Positions 1 through 13,331 of a DNA stretch of 64,000 nt are shown here, one piece after another. A program made the translations under genes and the position numbers. Within the stretch, counting starts at the first letter, position 1; every line of letters starts with the position of its first letter. The notes below the pieces were generated by a model that was given only the letters and a program-made list of their open reading frames with translations, made no database searches and was not told where the DNA came from. Source of the stretch: Malacoraja senta. Lineage: Eukaryota. The stretch is from contig CM075991.1 in assembly GCA_038087875.1 (NCBI GenBank), positions 7,442,001-7,506,000 of the forward strand. The letters run 5' to 3'.

Positions 1-59
1 CAACATCCAATGTCATCAATGGGATAGTGAATCAAATAGTTTATGGAACGACTGATCAG

Positions 60-590
60 ATGCTTGATAACAGGGGAAGAAGCTGTTCCTGAAAATAAGA
101 TCTTACTTGTTGAAAACCTATTTTATGTTCAACATGGAAGTTCAGCTCCTGATGGGAACAAATATATTGTATGAGTGAAATGTTAATTGGGGAGAATGAT
201 GATAAATCACTCAATGTCTTTGTTCGAATGCCATCCATCTCTCACCATGATGGCAATATGGAAGTCTATTAGTTCAAGGTCAAGTAAAGTGGATTTGAAG
301 AAGAAAGACAATGTTGTGACTTGTGAGGTGGAACATCATCAGCAGAGAGAGAAACTGTTAACTTTTCAAGCCGTTGAACTTCATTAGTGTTAACTCAGGC
401 CAGAAACTGTTGTGTAGTACAGGATTTTTAGATGCTATGTAATTGAATTTAAATCATTGGTCAACCATGCTTATCTTGCTGGATTGATTGGATTGCCGGT
501 TTCACATCTGGTGTGCATATGCATGGAAGTTGTTGGTCCTATGCACTGGCATCAAGTTGCGCCCAGGACAGAAATAGACTGTTTCTGACA
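60..590 (+). pseudogene. Decayed IgSF remnant A: C1-like domain end plus possible TM (5' part lies outside the window)
   Basis: Frameshifted translation gives ILCSTWKF (~120-145), HDGNMEV (~245-265), KVDLKKKDNVVTCEVEHH (CxVxH F-strand, ~285-340) and a hydrophobic AYLAGLIGLPVSHLVCICM (~470-525). Stops and frameshifts present. Confidence 0.45.
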
Positions 591-664
591 GCTTCACTTG
601 CACATGCATAGCGCACGATGAGACTACTCCTAGTACGAACATGGCTGCTTTTGTGGAAGAATAA

Positions 665-960
665 CCAATTATCTATTCCCTCTCTCTCCATCTCTCCCCC
701 CCCCTTCCCAGTTCTCCAACCAGTCTGACTGTCCTCGTTTACATTTTATGTCTGTTTGCGTTGTTGTTACCTTCTCCTAGCTAACAATGATAAATTCTAC
801 ATTTTCCTTAATCTCCATCCCCTTGTCTCATTTGCATACCTTACACTTCCTTATCTCTGTATCTCCCCCTCCCCAGACTCGACCCGAAACATTACCCATT
901 CCTTCTATCCAGAGTTGCTGCCTGTCCCGCTGAGTTACTCCAGCATTTTGTGTCTATCTA
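665..960 (+). mobile_element. Penelope-like element 3' terminal fragment
   Basis: Matches the 3' region of the Penelope copies at 13332-14900 and 58105-58733 (ccagttctcc..ccagtc..gacccgaaac..gctgagttactccagca). Confidence 0.7.
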
Positions 961-1002
961 TTTATCATTTTGGATCCTGTAGATGACACTTTCATTTTAA
1001 AA

Positions 1003-1272
1003 TGGCCCGGCCCACCGAGTCCGCACTGACCAGCGATCCCAGCATATTAACGCTACTTTACACACACCATGGACAATTTTACATTTACACCAAGCCAATT
1101 AACCTACAATCTTGTATGCCTTTGGAGTGCGGGAGTAAACCGAAGATCTCGGTGAAAACCCACTAATGGGGAGAATGTACAAACTCCGTAAGGACAGCAC
1201 CCGTAGTCAGGATCGAACCCGGGTCTATGCGTTATAAGGCAGTTTATCTATCGCTGCGCCACCGTACCACCC
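1003..1272 (-). mobile_element. tRNA-derived V-SINE (HE1-like)
   Basis: Reverse complement of the consensus seen in many copies: tRNA-like head (ggtggcgcagcggtagag..ggttcgatcc), V-domain core (gtttgtacgttctcccc) and CR1-like tail. Confidence 0.8.
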
Positions 1273-1782
1273 TGTTATTAGGCTAATTTTCCTGTTCATT
1301 AGAATGGCTCACAACCTATGATTTGGGGGACAATGGTAAATGTTTTATTTTTGCTTATTTTCATGTTTTAAATTGCTTCTTAATGTTATGTGTTTTCAAT
1401 CAGTTTTTCAACATTCATAAAGAATGTGTATTTTTAATTAGTCACAGTATTTTCAATTTAATTTTAACCACTGCCTGCAGGAAAATAGTGCTTATCATTG
1501 AAAGTAAAAATTACTAGCACCACATGGTAGTAAATATTCACAGGTTTTTCCCAGGTGCAGAAAGCTCTGAAGGGCAGGAGTTTGATAATACTTATGTAAC
1601 TGCAAGAAACAATCATGGTCCTTTCATGTTACCCAGTGGTTTCTGAATACAGAAAAATGTGGATGTGGAGAATAGTTTATGCAGATACATTTCCCAAATG
1701 ACGTGTAAACAGTGGAAAAAATGCAGATGGGTTAAATTTGGTTAAGGGAGGAATAAAATCTTTTTACCCATTTTCTCCCCTC

Positions 1783-2486
1783 TGAGGCGCTGTCCTGAAC
1801 GGCTGCCTGTCCTGCAGCTCTCCGTCTTTTTCCCTTCTTTTTTTATTATTTTTGGTACGTTTAGTGTGTAGTCAGGGGGCCTAATCTTTTTATGTGTGGG
1901 GGGTGGTGGGGGGGAAGGGGGAAACTGTTTTTCGAGTCCCTACCTGGTCGGAGGGGTTGCCTTCCTCCGAGCAGCGCCTTCGACCTGTCCTTGCGGCCTA
2001 CCAGCGGGTCCTGGAGCGGCGTTTCCCTGGGGGACCTGGCCAGAACACCGGCTTTGGCGGCGGCGCAGAACATCGGCTTTGGCGGCGGTGCAGCGCTGGA
2101 GCGCTGTCGTGGAGTGGGGCGATGCCTTTCCTGGGTCGCCGCGCTGGGACTCCAGCATGCTGGGACCGCCGATGGGAACATCGTGGAGCCGCGGTTCTGT
2201 GGAGCGGCCCATCTGCGACGCTGAACGTTACATCCCGGAGCCTGGGCGAGAATATTGGGCGCCGTGGCGGGACTGTGGAGCCTCAGTGTGCCCGACTCTG
2301 GGTGGACAAGAGGATGGGGACTGGACTTTGTGCCTTCCCCCACAGTGGGAACCATTGTGGGGGGATGTTTTTGTGTTGAACTTCTTTTTGAACACTATGT
2401 TGTATTTTTATTAGTGTGCTGCAAGGACATCTTAATTTCCCCTGAATAAGGGGATTAATAAAGTCTTATCTTATCTTATCTTATCT
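1783..2486 (+). mobile_element. GC-rich non-autonomous retroposon with AATAAA and (TTATC)n tail
   Basis: GC-rich core, 3' motif ggggactggactttgtgccttcccccacagtgg shared with 46495-46860, poly(A) signal and pentanucleotide tail. No coherent protein. Confidence 0.65.
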
Positions 2487-4654
2487 GTTTCTTTCACTCT
2501 CTACACTTTCTCGATTAGTGATGGTGTCAGGGGTTATGGGGAGAAGGCAGGAGAATGGTGTTGAGGGGGGAAATGAGATCAGCCATGATTGAATGGGCTT
2601 GATGGGCCGAATGGCCTAATTCTGCTCTTATACATCAGAAACTTTTGCTTTACGGGTCATTCTTCAGTTAGTGTCTACTTTTAAGTTTCTGGAAACCTGA
2701 TTATAAAGCTTAAGTTTTTGCAACTTTGAATGTTGTTTCACATAGATGGACATCTCTACTGTGGGAAAAATATGTTTGGCACAATCTTTTGGAGAATTTA
2801 ATTCATTTTTTCCTCTTCTTTGGCCATTGCATTCAGTCATATCTGTCGTGTTTTTATGATGAACAACACTGTAAAATATAACTAACTTAAGAATATAAAA
2901 TCAAATTATTGTCCCAGTACATGTGTAATAAATGAGGCCGCATTTCACCAAAGGAGGTTTTACCTTCTTTATAACTCTGTTTCTCCCCCTTTTTTCGATG
3001 TAAGTAAGAATGGACATTTAGCCGTGTAGGGGCCATTGTCAGTGAGTATATAAATATGTAAATTTCACCTAAATAACACAGTGTGTGCTAAGGTCTTTGT
3101 TTTGTTCTCCAACCTTCAAAGGTCTCACAATTTTGAAGCTTCTGGACAAAGCAGATGCAAGATGGCTTTTTCATTGTAAATCAGCTGAATCGTATTTGAA
3201 AACCAAGTATCTGTTCCATGCTGCCATCTCTGGTTAGACCGGGGAGTATTCATTGACTGTAAGAGCAGTAATGGTTAAGACAAGAGTGAAAAGATCAGTG
3301 GAAATGTATTCTTGCTGGACAGGCAGTACAATGGAAATTGCATGATCCTGCAAATGCTTCTTCGTAAGAATGGATCACTTTTCATATGAATAATTTCACA
3401 ATCACTCCCTCCACCCCTTTCTCACCCACACTCTCCTCTCCCTTCCGCCCCACCTGGACTCGCACCTATTTCTCTCTTCCCCATCCCCCACATTCCTTCC
3501 TCTGGCTTCACAACTCTTCAATCCTTTTGTCTCACACCTTCTGCTTTTTTTTTTATCTCTGACCATTGTCCAACCATCTGCCTATCAACCCCTCCCCCCC
3601 CCCCCCCCCCCCCTTCAGCAAATTAACCAGTCTTTTAGTTTGTTGGATGCCTTTACTCTCAGGTTGTGGGCAATATTGGTGAGGCTAGTGTCTATCACAA
3701 GTACTTTGTTGCCCTGAGAAGATGTCGGTCTGTCTCCACCATGATGAATTGTTGCCGTAACAACACTCCTTGCAAGGTCACCTTGCAATATTGCAGTTCA
3801 AGCTAATACTTTGGGAATGCAGTTGCACACGCGCAAATTCCAAATGCGAGGCTCAGATTAAAACGTAATGACGGCTTTCTAACCTTGGTATTCAATTCCA
3901 AACAGGCCACATGGCCCAACGATCTATACTGGTGTTCATCCTCTGGGCAAGCCACTTCCCAACCAGTTTGAATAAGAGTGTCAACTCGAAACATTGCCTG
4001 TTCCCTCCATAGATGCTGCCTGGCCCACTGAGTTCCTCCAACACTTTGTGTTTTGCCACCTTCCAATTTACATCATACAATCTGAGGAGCATTATTCCCA
4101 TTCTCCTTACATACATCATTACAGCTTTGGCTCAGTGGGTAGCAAACTTGCCTTTGAATCAGAACTTTGTTGGCTCAAGTAATTTGCTCGGGACTTATGC
4201 TCAAAAACTCCACTGCACTACAGGAAGAGTGCTGCACTGTTGTCTCTTACATAAGATATTAAACAAAAGATCTGACCTAAACTTTCAAGAGTGTTTTATT
4301 GACGAACGTCTCGGATAGAACTATGCAATTCTTACTTGCAGCAGCAAAACAGTGTACGTAAACAAAATACACTGGAAACAATATAATAAAGCAGAAACAA
4401 AGTTCAGTGCGTGTATATATATACATGGGATTGTACTGAATAGGATTAGAGGATCAATTTATGTCAAAAGCCTGAGATCTATCTTTCAATTAATATTTCT
4501 AAAACAAAAGATCTGATCATTGCAACACTTGTTCATGAGATCTTTCTGTGTGGAACTTAACTACACATGTTTGAGCTCAACTTGCATCTCATCAAAAACT
4601 TAATATGGTGTCAGAGCCAACTCATTTAAACCTCTGTTCCAAGTCTAAATCTAA

Positions 4655-4762
4655 AGGGCCTGTCCCACTTTACGATTTTTTTCGGCGACTGCCGTACCAG
4701 GTCGCCGAAAAACCGTCAAGTTGTACGACAAGCTACGACACCGTGGACGTCAAGCTGGGACA
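4655..4762. mobile_element. Truncated PIF/Harbinger-type MITE
   Basis: Starts TAA|agggcctgtcccact, the same TIR as the complete element at 43075-43412. Right TIR is partial (gctgggaca). Confidence 0.6.
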
Positions 4763-4882
4763 AAAAAAGAAGGGTCCTGACCTGAACCGTTGCCTATTCA
4801 TGTCTTTACACGGATGCTGCCTGACCCGCTGAGTTACTCCAGCACTTTGTATTGCTCGAGATTTCAGCATCTGCAGTTTGTT

Positions 4883-4901
4883 GTGTGTGTGTGCGCATGT
4901 A

Positions 4902-4934
<33 letters not shown>

Positions 4935-4962
4935 CTCTCTCTCTTTCTCTCTCTCTCTCTCC
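4883..4962. repeat. Compound (TG)n(TC)n microsatellite
   Basis: Directly visible. Confidence 0.95.
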
Positions 4963-6344
4963 CATGCAATACTAATGATTGGATGGAACATTTGGTTTTG
5001 TTGCAGTGTTTCTAAACATAGCACAGTTCATTGCATTGGGACTTCAATCAGAGCTGCTTCTTTAATTGCACTGTAATTTTCACTGAAGCTTAATTGCTGT
5101 TACTGTTTAAAATCTACTTAAGTAAAAGACTGGTATCTCCAGTGCATGAAGCGCTCAGCAGATGTTGGTTGATTAAGGGCCCCGTAAGTGATAAATGAAC
5201 TTTATTTGTTGTGTGTTATCCTATGTCAAGATAACGTTTTTTTTTGCTCTCCACTTGCAATCTGTGTTATAAGTTGCTGAAATGTTTTAATCCTGCATGG
5301 GTGCTTGGAAAATAATCACTTACACCCCGTGCATTAGTACACACTAATACTCTAAGTCATGCTAGGAACATCAGCCTCTCAGGATGAAATGATCAAACAT
5401 AATGAGAGTGACTGCTGGTCTATCAAGGATGTTGGATGAGATGTGACATATTTACATTGTGTTTGGAATTTTGTCAGCTTCTTATCCCATATTATTGATG
5501 CATGAAATTGCATTTTGCAATTTTTAAGACGACATTTGTTGAGCTTGCGAGAGTTAACTCTTCAGTATCTGCAGTGATTGAATGTTAACTTAAATTCGTG
5601 GCAATCGTTTAAAACAAGCAAGATTGATATATTACATGCCCAAAGTAATGTCAAAATTCATTCAAGTTAAATGAAATTCTAAAATTAATTGCTCATATCT
5701 GTAGTAGTGACAAAGTTAGACACAAATTGCTGGTGTAACTCAGCGGGTCAGGCAGCATCTCTGAAGAAGGAATAGGTAGCTTTTTGGGTTGAGCCATCTT
5801 CTGAAGATCCGTCGAGTTACTTCAGCTTTTTGTGTCTATCTGGTTTAAACCAGCATCTGCAGTTCCTTCCTACACAAAGATTGTAATATTCCTGTATCGA
5901 AGCAGCAGTTTGCAGAGTACATGGAAGATTTATCTTAATCTCAAATCTGAAGGAGGTTCTAAACTCAAAACATTACCAATCCATGACCTCCAGAAATGCT
6001 GCCTTGACCGTTGATTACTCCAACATTTAGTGCCTATTTGTTGTAAACCACCATTTGCACTTTCTTGTTTCTCCAATTTATTTTAATTCATTGTGAAATG
6101 TTTATAAGTCATGGAGTCATACATCATGGAAACAGGCACTTTGGCCAACATGCCCCATCTATACTGGCACCACCTGCCTGTGTTTGGCCCATATCGATCT
6201 AAGCCTATCCTCGGTACCTGTTTCCTTGTCCATCAACTGACACATACTTCTAACTCCATTCGTGATATCATCTCCATCAGTTTCCACTGGTCAGTGACTC
6301 AAGCCTGCCCTTTGCAAGATCTGAAGATCTTGTCCAAGAATTTT

Positions 6345-6640
6345 AGTTTCGTTTATTTTGGAGATACATTGCGGAAACAGGCCCTTCGCACACACACACA
6401 CTAACACTATCACTATCCTACACACATGAGGGACACATTTTCATTTTACCAAGCCAAATTAGCCTCCAAACCTGTACGTCTTTGGAGAGTGGGAGGAAAC
6501 TGAGCTCCTGGAGAATAACACACGCAGGTCACGGGGAGAACGTGCAAACACCGTACAGACAGCAGCAGTGGTCAGGATCGAACCCAGGTCTCTGGCGCTG
6601 TCAGGCAGCAACTCTACCGCTGTGCCACCGTGCCACCCTC
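6345..6640 (-). mobile_element. V-SINE (HE1-like)
   Basis: Head, core and tail motifs as in other copies. Confidence 0.8.
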
Positions 6641-8184
6641 GAAGTTGTTCTGTACTTTCTCATATTTGGTCATCTTAAACACCGAGCTTAATGCAAAGCC
6701 TGTTGTATGTTCCACTAAATGAACCATTCATTTATTACCGTACTCCAGAGTCCAATTTCAAACAATGTGCAGGGCAGACTTCTACGCAAGTTCCAAACTT
6801 GTAACCTTTACATCTTTTGTTTCCCCTAATTGTTGGTCTGGCGCAATACAATGAATTGTGCCTCGGTGCTAACAAACGACTACCTTCTTGACATTTAAGG
6901 AGAAGATATTTTTACAACGTATGATATAATTGTCTTAATTTACGATGGAATAAAAGGTCTTGTCTTTTCTGCTGCCCGTCTTGATTAATAAATGTAATGG
7001 CATTCCTTCAAATACCACCTCCACCGTGGAAACTTGCAGTGGTTCAAAGAATCACTTATCATCACCTTATCATGGTCAATTAGGAATGTGTGTTAAATGC
7101 TAAGGAATGACACAAAATCGTGTAGTAACTCAACGAGCCAGGCATCTTCCCTGGAGAAAATGGATAGGTGGTGTTTCGGGGTTGGGACCCTTCTTCAGAT
7201 GTGCAAACTCCACACAGACTTGAACCTGGGTCTCGGGTGCTGTGAAGCAGCAGATCTACCAGCTGTGCCACTGTATCACCCCCACATTCTCTTCACAGAA
7301 GCTCCAATCTCGCTGAGTTCCTCCCGCCCCTCTGTTTTTATTTTGCTTGACATGATGCTAAATGATGTTCAGCCCCGTTAGAGTGAATGAATATTCCACT
7401 CAATGCATTCCATAGCATTTATAGAAGGTGGAAGTGAGGTACCCTTTAAGATGTGGTGCGGTGGAGGATAGAATCGCGAAACTTCCTCACACAACGCTCC
7501 AGAATCTGTTTATTAATATTTCATAATATAGAAAAACATAAAATTCTGGAGTAACTCAGTGGACAAGGATGCTGCCTGACCCATTGAGTTACTCCAGCAT
7601 TTTCGCCCATAAGTAATAGGATCAGTGTTAGGCCATTCGGCCCATCAAGTCTACTCTGCCATTCAATCATGGCTGATTTATCTTTCCCTCTGAATCCCAT
7701 TCTCCTGCCTTCTCCCCATAACCCCTGACACCCGATTTTGTGTTTTTCCCTTTTAAACCAGCATCTACAGTTCCTTGTTTCTACATGTGTTAAATCCCAA
7801 CACTTATTTATCTACATCCCTCTGATATTCAGGAAACATTCCCCATGCATTGAACCATTCTTTAAAAGTTGGAAGGGTACTCATTATATCGTGTACATTT
7901 TTCTTGTAAGGTTGTGGGTATAAGGAACTGCAGATGCTGTTTTACAAAAAAATGACGCAAAGTGCTGGAGGAACTCAGCGGGTCAAGCAGCATCCCTGGC
8001 AAAAATGGATTGGAAATGTTTCAGGTTGGGATCCTTCTTCAGACTGACCTATCCATGTTATCCAGAGAAGCTGCTAGACGTGCTGAGTTACTCCAGCACG
8101 TTGTGTCTTTAATTGTAAGGTTGGTGGATGAGGTTGTAGCTATGAAGCCAAGTGCCAACCGCAACAAGACTTTACAGTGGATCA

Positions 8185-8486
8185 AGTGGCGCAGCGGTAG
8201 AGTTGTTGCCTTGCAGCGCCAGAGACCTGGGTTCGATCCCGACTGCAGGTGCTGTCTGTATGGAGTTTGTACGTTCTCCCCGTGACCATGTGGGATTTCT
8301 CCCAGATCTGTGGTTTTCTCCCACACTCCAAAGACATACAGGTATGTAGGTTAATTGGCTTGGTGTATGTGTAAATTGTCGCTAGCGTGTGTAGGATAGT
8401 GTTAATGTGTGGGGATCACTGGTCGGAACGGACTCAGTGGGCCGAAGGCCTATTTCCACGCTGTATTTCGAAACTAAACTAAACTA
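8185..8486 (+). mobile_element. V-SINE (HE1-like)
   Basis: gtggcgcagcggtagagttg..ggttcgatccc (A/B boxes), V core and (AAACT)n tail. Confidence 0.85.
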
Positions 8487-9035
8487 TGTGGCTTGCGCTG
8501 AAAACAACAGTGTGAGATAGTGTACGGGCGATGCATTACCATTTCAGAAGTTTTAAGATGTAGTAAAGAATCTGATGGCTATTTCTGCTTCGCTTCTCTA
8601 GCAGAGTGTGAGGTGCCAAGCCTCACTACTCTCTTGTCAAGCTTCCATCTAATCCATCTATCAATCACTTTAAATTGAAGCTCTTTCTCTCCTCCTCCAG
8701 TGGAGGTGAACCAACTTAAGCACTCTGTCTTGTACTTTGTCAATGTGATGAGGGCCTCTACCTTCGCCGCTCTTTCACAGCTAAATATCATCATCTGAAG
8801 ACGAAAAGTGCCTCTCTTGACCCAACAATCAGTCTGAAGAGGGTCCTGACCCAAAACGTCACCTGTCCATGTTCTCCTGAGATGCTGCCTGACCTGCTGA
8901 GTTACTCCAGCACTTTATGCCTTCTCTTGTAGACCAGCATATGCATTTACTTGTTTCCAAATAACATCATCTGTTGGGTGAAGAAAAATCTCTCTCTCAC
9001 TCTCTTTCACGGGGATCGTGACAGAAGCCTCCTGG

Positions 9036-9620
9036 AAACATAGAAACATAGAAAATAGGTGCAGGGGGAGGCCATTCGGCCCTTCGAGCCAGCACCGCCA
9101 TTCATTGTGATCATGGCTGATCGTCCCCAATCAATAACCCGTGCCCGCCTTCTCCCCATATCCCTTAACTCCACTAGCCCCTAGAGCTCTATCTAACTCT
9201 CTCTTAAATCCATCCAGTGACTTGGCCTCCACTGCCCTCTGTGGCAGGGAATTCCATAATTTCACAACTCTCTGGGTGAAAATGTTTTTTCTCACCTAAG
9301 TCTTAAATGACCTCCCCTTTATTCTAAGACTGTTGCCCCTGGTTCTGGACTCACCCCACATTGGGAACATTTTTCCTGCATCTAGCTTGCCCAGTCCTTT
9401 TATAATTTTATATGTTTCTATAAGAATCCCCCTCATCCTTCTAAACTCCAGTGAATATAAGCCTAGTCTTTTCAATCTTTCCTCATATGACAGTCCCGCC
9501 ATCCCTGGGATCAATCTCGTGAACCTACGCTGCACTGCCTCAATCACAAGGATGTCCTTCCTCAAATTAGGAGACCAAAACTGTACACAATACTCCAGAT
9601 GTGGTCTCACCAGAGCCCTA
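9036..9620 (-). mobile_element. CR1 (HER1-like) LINE 3' fragment
   Basis: ORF 9296-9631 reads ALVRPHLEYCVQFWSP..VQRRFTRLIPG..LSYEERL..LGLYSLE, the typical vertebrate CR1 ORF2 C-terminus. (TTTCTATG)n tail. Confidence 0.9.
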
Positions 9621-9869
9621 TCCTCATGCACTCTGTGACGCGTCGGGTGACCAATTCTGTCAACATGTTGGACGACGATAGAAGTGAGCTATGCATCATC
9701 TGACACATGAGCGAACGAACGAACTCTCTTTCACTTACACTGCTCCCATTTCACCATTAAAGTTCCTTCATACCTGTTCCCCCTGTCGACAGTCTCATTA
9801 ACCTATCAACCTTATAATTCTATCAGCAACTTAACCTGGCTTCACTGTACAGAGGTATTTCATTTGCCT

Positions 9870-10240
9870 TGCCCTTTCCTTACAACTTCAAACAATTGTG
9901 CTGTTCTAGATGTCAGCTGATCTACATCGGTGAGACCAAGCGTAGGCTTGGCGATCGTTTCGCCGAACACCTCAGCTCGGTCCGCATTAACCAACCTGAT
10001 CTCCCGGTGGCTCAGCACTTCAACTCCCCCTCCCATTCCGAATCCGACCTTTCTGTCTTGGGCCAGAGAGAGCACCACCGGAAATTGGAGGAGCAGCACC
10101 TCATATTCCGCTTGGGCCTTGCTGTCTCCTCCCCCCACCCTGCATCAGTCTGAAGAAGGGTTTCGGCCCGAATCGTAGCCTATTTCCTTCGCTCCATAGA
10201 TGCTGCCGCACCCGCTGAGTTTCTCCAGCACTTTTGTCTA
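9870..10240 (+). mobile_element. Penelope-like element GIY-YIG and terminal-repeat fragment
   Basis: CSRCQLIYIGETKRRLGDRFAEH..VAQHFN..LEEQHLIFRLG. Confidence 0.85.
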
Positions 10241-13200
10241 TATTGTCTCCTCTCTTTCCCAGTTCTGATAAAGGGCCTTCAATCTGAAATGTTAACTCTG
10301 TTTCTCTTTCCACAGATGCTGTCTGACCAGCTGAGTGTTTCCACCATTTTCAGTTTCAATGTAACATTTCCAGCATCTGCAGTTTTTTAAACTTTCTACT
10401 TCTAAGTGTCTTTCTGTTCTCCTCAAAGCAACAATGATCTTGTCTTTTTGCATAAACAATGTCCCTTGAGATGCAAAAGAAATTCAAAGTATTTTTGTAG
10501 AATCATCAGACAAAGTCTTTCACCATTTAACTTTCTCAGACAAATATCTCCCCACAACACATATTATTTTAATCATCAGTCACATCGATTATGATTTGAA
10601 CTGAAAACCTTGAAGATGCTTCCAGTTGCACAAGCAGAAACACACGCCAAAGGTAAAAGACGAAGATAAAGAGAGAGTAAAGGAACAAACTAATTGATGA
10701 AAGCATGCTGCAAAGCTCTCTTTTCTGTTCCCATACTAAGACAAGTGGTGGACCTATCAAAAGAATGGTTTATCTTGCCAGATGAACTCTAGGGCCAAAC
10801 ACAAGCCTAAAGTAAAAGTTTCAAAATCCTGGAGTAACTTAGCGGGTCAGGCAGCATCTTTGGAGAACGTGGATGGGTGATATTTAGGCTTGGGACTCTT
10901 CTTCAGGCTGATTGCAGGGGGTGGGGGGTGGGGGGGAGGGGGAAAGGGGAGGGGAGAGGAAAGAAAGCTTGGATAAGAGGAGGGACAGGACTGGTAATAG
11001 GTGAACACAAGCGAGGGAAGTTTTGTCCTGTCCTGCCACTCAACTCTACCAGCTCCCCCCCCCCACCCCACCCCACCGCAATCAATTTGAAGGATCCCGA
11101 CCAGAAATGTCACCGATCTATGTTTTCCAGAGTTGTTGCCTGACCCGCTGAGTTACTGCAACATCTCGTGTCTTTCTTTTCCTAAACCAGCATCTGCAGT
11201 TCCTTGCAATTATAAAGTGAAAATTTATAGTTGTAATTGACGGAAATACTGTACTCTTACGAGATGAGTGAGTCAAGTGATGTACCTGCTTGGCAACGGG
11301 AGCAACAAGAGTCTGGAAAAGGAACTTGCAACATGTAAATAGACTAAGTGCTTGTCAATAAACTATTATGTTAATGTTATCCACCTATATATGTTGAAAC
11401 CACCTACAGAAGAATACAAATTAGCCACATAATTTAATAAAACCGCGTGGGAGAGATCAGTTTCTCTCAAAGAAGACACATCGGTTTCAGTGCAGTAGCT
11501 GTGATGTTGGAGATCCAGTACTGTGAGTGCAGAAGGGGTAGTTATCATTCTTGTGGGTACATCTCAGGTGCGGTGTGGGTCAGTGGCGGGGATGCTGTAA
11601 GGAGTGTGGCATAGGTATCAATTCTGCCACCACTATATGGTGTGATTACACTGTGATACAATTAATACTGACATATTTAAAATAGGAACAGAAAATTATT
11701 TTTTTCACACATTGGAAAATATGCATCTTTAATGGATAGGTGTTTTGATTAAGGATTCAATAAAGATTTAGGGTCCTTTATATAAAACACCGAGTGTTTT
11801 ATGGTGGGGGGGCCACAATATCATGGAATTACTTGAAAGTGGAATTCCCGAAACGAAGAACGTGACCTTGACTGAAATTGAATTTGAAATAGACAACATA
11901 TTAACCAATTTATTCACATTATGATAAGCAATGCTCATCTCCTTAGTAGATGTGGTGGTAAGGAAAGTAAAATCACACTTCAATGCTGAACCTTGGAAGT
12001 TAATTAAAAGCTACAAATCTATAACATGAAATTGGAAGTATGTTAGGTCCATCAACAATTATATGGTCTCATTGAAGAACGTTTCAATATCTTGCCACTT
12101 TGGTCGTTTTTTTAACAGAGCCCCAAAAGAGAGTGAACAAAAACAAAAAAAAATTGCAGGTGCTGAAAATCTGAATAAAAAAGTGAAAAATGTTGGATAT
12201 ACTCAACAATCAGGCCACATCTGTGGGAAGAGAAACAGCACGAACATTTCAGCTTGAAGACTCTTTGTCAGAAGCCCTGAAACATTTGTTTTTATATGTA
12301 TTTAACAAATGGAAGGATTAGTCAACTAAACATAGCCTGACTTTCAACTTCATAGAGTTTGTCAGGTTATAACATCAGCAGAGAAGGTGAAATGTAAAAG
12401 CTTTGTTCAGCCTAAATGAATCATGGATCATGAACCCTTGATTAGTAAGCGTGTCAAGGGTTCTGGGGAAAAGGCAGGAGAATGGGGTTGACAGGGAAAA
12501 GTTGATCATCCATGATTGAATGAAAGAGTAGACTCGATGGGCCGAATGGCCTAATTCTGCTCTAGGAACTTATGAACATGATATGTCATATGGAGCAGAC
12601 TGCAGTGTCTAACTGAAAACAGAGAGAAGAGAATATGCCTCGAGGAGTTTTTGCTTGCGACGCAATAAAAATCTGTCAGAAAGGAGTTCAAGAGTTAAAG
12701 AGAGTTTATTGTCATGTGTCCCTGATAGGACAATGAAATTCTTGCTTTGCTTTAGCGCGCCAGAACATAGCAGGCATGAATACAGAACAGATCAGTGTGT
12801 CCATACACCATTGTATAAGTATATACACACATAAATAAATAAACTAAAAGGCATGTAAATCAAAGCATCTATCCGTTAACAATGCCAAAATAAGGATCCT
12901 TTACTTACAAGAACTTGCAGGTTCTTGTCCAAACTCTAGGTAAGGTCAGATGATCATGTTAAACCTCATAGAATGGAAGCTAATGGGAATGATGGCTTTC
13001 TAGTGAGTGTTCTGTAAGTAAGCAAAAGCCTGGTGAATCATGATTTCAGCACACTAGTTTTGATCAATATGAAGAATGTTAAGCACATTGAGATAGAGGT
13101 CAACACTGCTTTGAGTGCTCTATCATGAGCCAGGTAACTTATTCACAGAATTTCAATGGTATATCTCTAATGAAAAGCAGAGTCCAGTTGATTCTGTATT

Positions 13201-13331
13201 TCAGAGAAATTCTCCAAACATTGTGGAAATAATATACTGTAACAGTGAGATCTGATGGTCAATGTAATTGCACCACAATCTATGATAAGCTTGATGGGAA
13301 AGAATGGCAACCAAAGTTGAACTAGAAATAT

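Noticed and set aside
1861..2449. Overlapping 90-170 aa ORFs on both strands (also 36235-37032, 40406-41014, 47551-48097)
   Set aside because: They arise from GC-rich repeat cores poor in stop codons. No recognisable domains, and the sequence is repeated elsewhere.
4733..5076. ORFs with HT/CV/ER repeats
   Set aside because: Translation of (TG)n(TC)n microsatellite.
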